Under the pieces are notes generated by a model. It did no database searches. It worked only from the letters and a program-made list of their open reading frames with translations, and was not told the DNA's origin. DNA of 64,000 nucleotides. Source: Octopus sinensis (taxonomy: Eukaryota). Location: assembly GCF_006345805.1 (NCBI RefSeq), contig NC_043011.1:17000464-17064463 (forward strand), given 5' to 3'. Numbering within the stretch: the first letter of the stretch is position 1; each line of letters begins with the position of its first letter. Positions 63,660-64,000 of this stretch are shown here, piece by piece. Made by a program: the position numbers and the translations under genes.

Positions 63660-63660
<1 letters not shown>
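63425..63660 (+). mobile_element. degenerate hammerhead-family element plus an inverted partial copy
   Basis: CTGTTGA-AGAGC-ATTG-GCTA-GAAGT-GTA-AAAG at 63469-63500. Confidence 0.55.
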
Positions 63661-63717
<57 letters not shown>

Positions 63718-63744
63718 CGTGTGAGTGTGCATATGTATATATTA

Positions 63745-64000
63745 GATTGACCCCCTTCGGTCATGAATGACCATGGTATTGCACCTAGAAAGTTACCCTC
63801 CAAGGCACAAGTCTGGGCAAGGTTGTTTATGGAAGCCCAGCAGTCACCCACGCATTCCAGCCTCCCTTCTCCATGCCATCGATATTATCCAAGGGAAAGG
63901 CAAAGGGGCCGATACAGCTTGGTACCAGTGATGTCACAGCTCATTTATTAACGTGCAAGTGGTTGAGCACTCCACAGACACATGTACCCTTAACATAGTT
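63745..64000 (-). mobile_element. tRNA SINE family D, 3' part
   Basis: Reverse complement resembles ~10540-10760. Confidence 0.75.

Overview
AT-rich, repeat-saturated animal genomic DNA with no confidently identifiable host protein-coding gene. The SINE families (tRNA-headed CORE-like and OK/OR-like elements) and the dense (TA)n/(ATGT)n/(CAT)n tracts suggest an octopod cephalopod genome; this is an inference. Most computed ORFs are microsatellite artefacts. The real coding remnants come from transposons: CR1, RTE and Penelope-like retroelements, a Gypsy 3' end with LTR, a solo LTR, two mariner elements, a Buster-type hAT, plus piggyBac-, Helitron- and Merlin/hAT-like non-autonomous elements. 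Highlights: (1) a 5' U2 snRNA fragment fused to two SINEs, all inside one 14-bp target-site duplication; (2) several minimal hammerhead-ribozyme-like motifs tied to Penelope-like elements; (3) SINE dimers and a trimer inserted as single units with an identical internal junction; (4) a twin-priming-type 5' inversion in an RTE LINE; (5) a 24-bp minisatellite amplified from a Gypsy integrase octapeptide. All coordinates and alignments were read by eye, and family names rest on remembered consensus motifs, not database searches.
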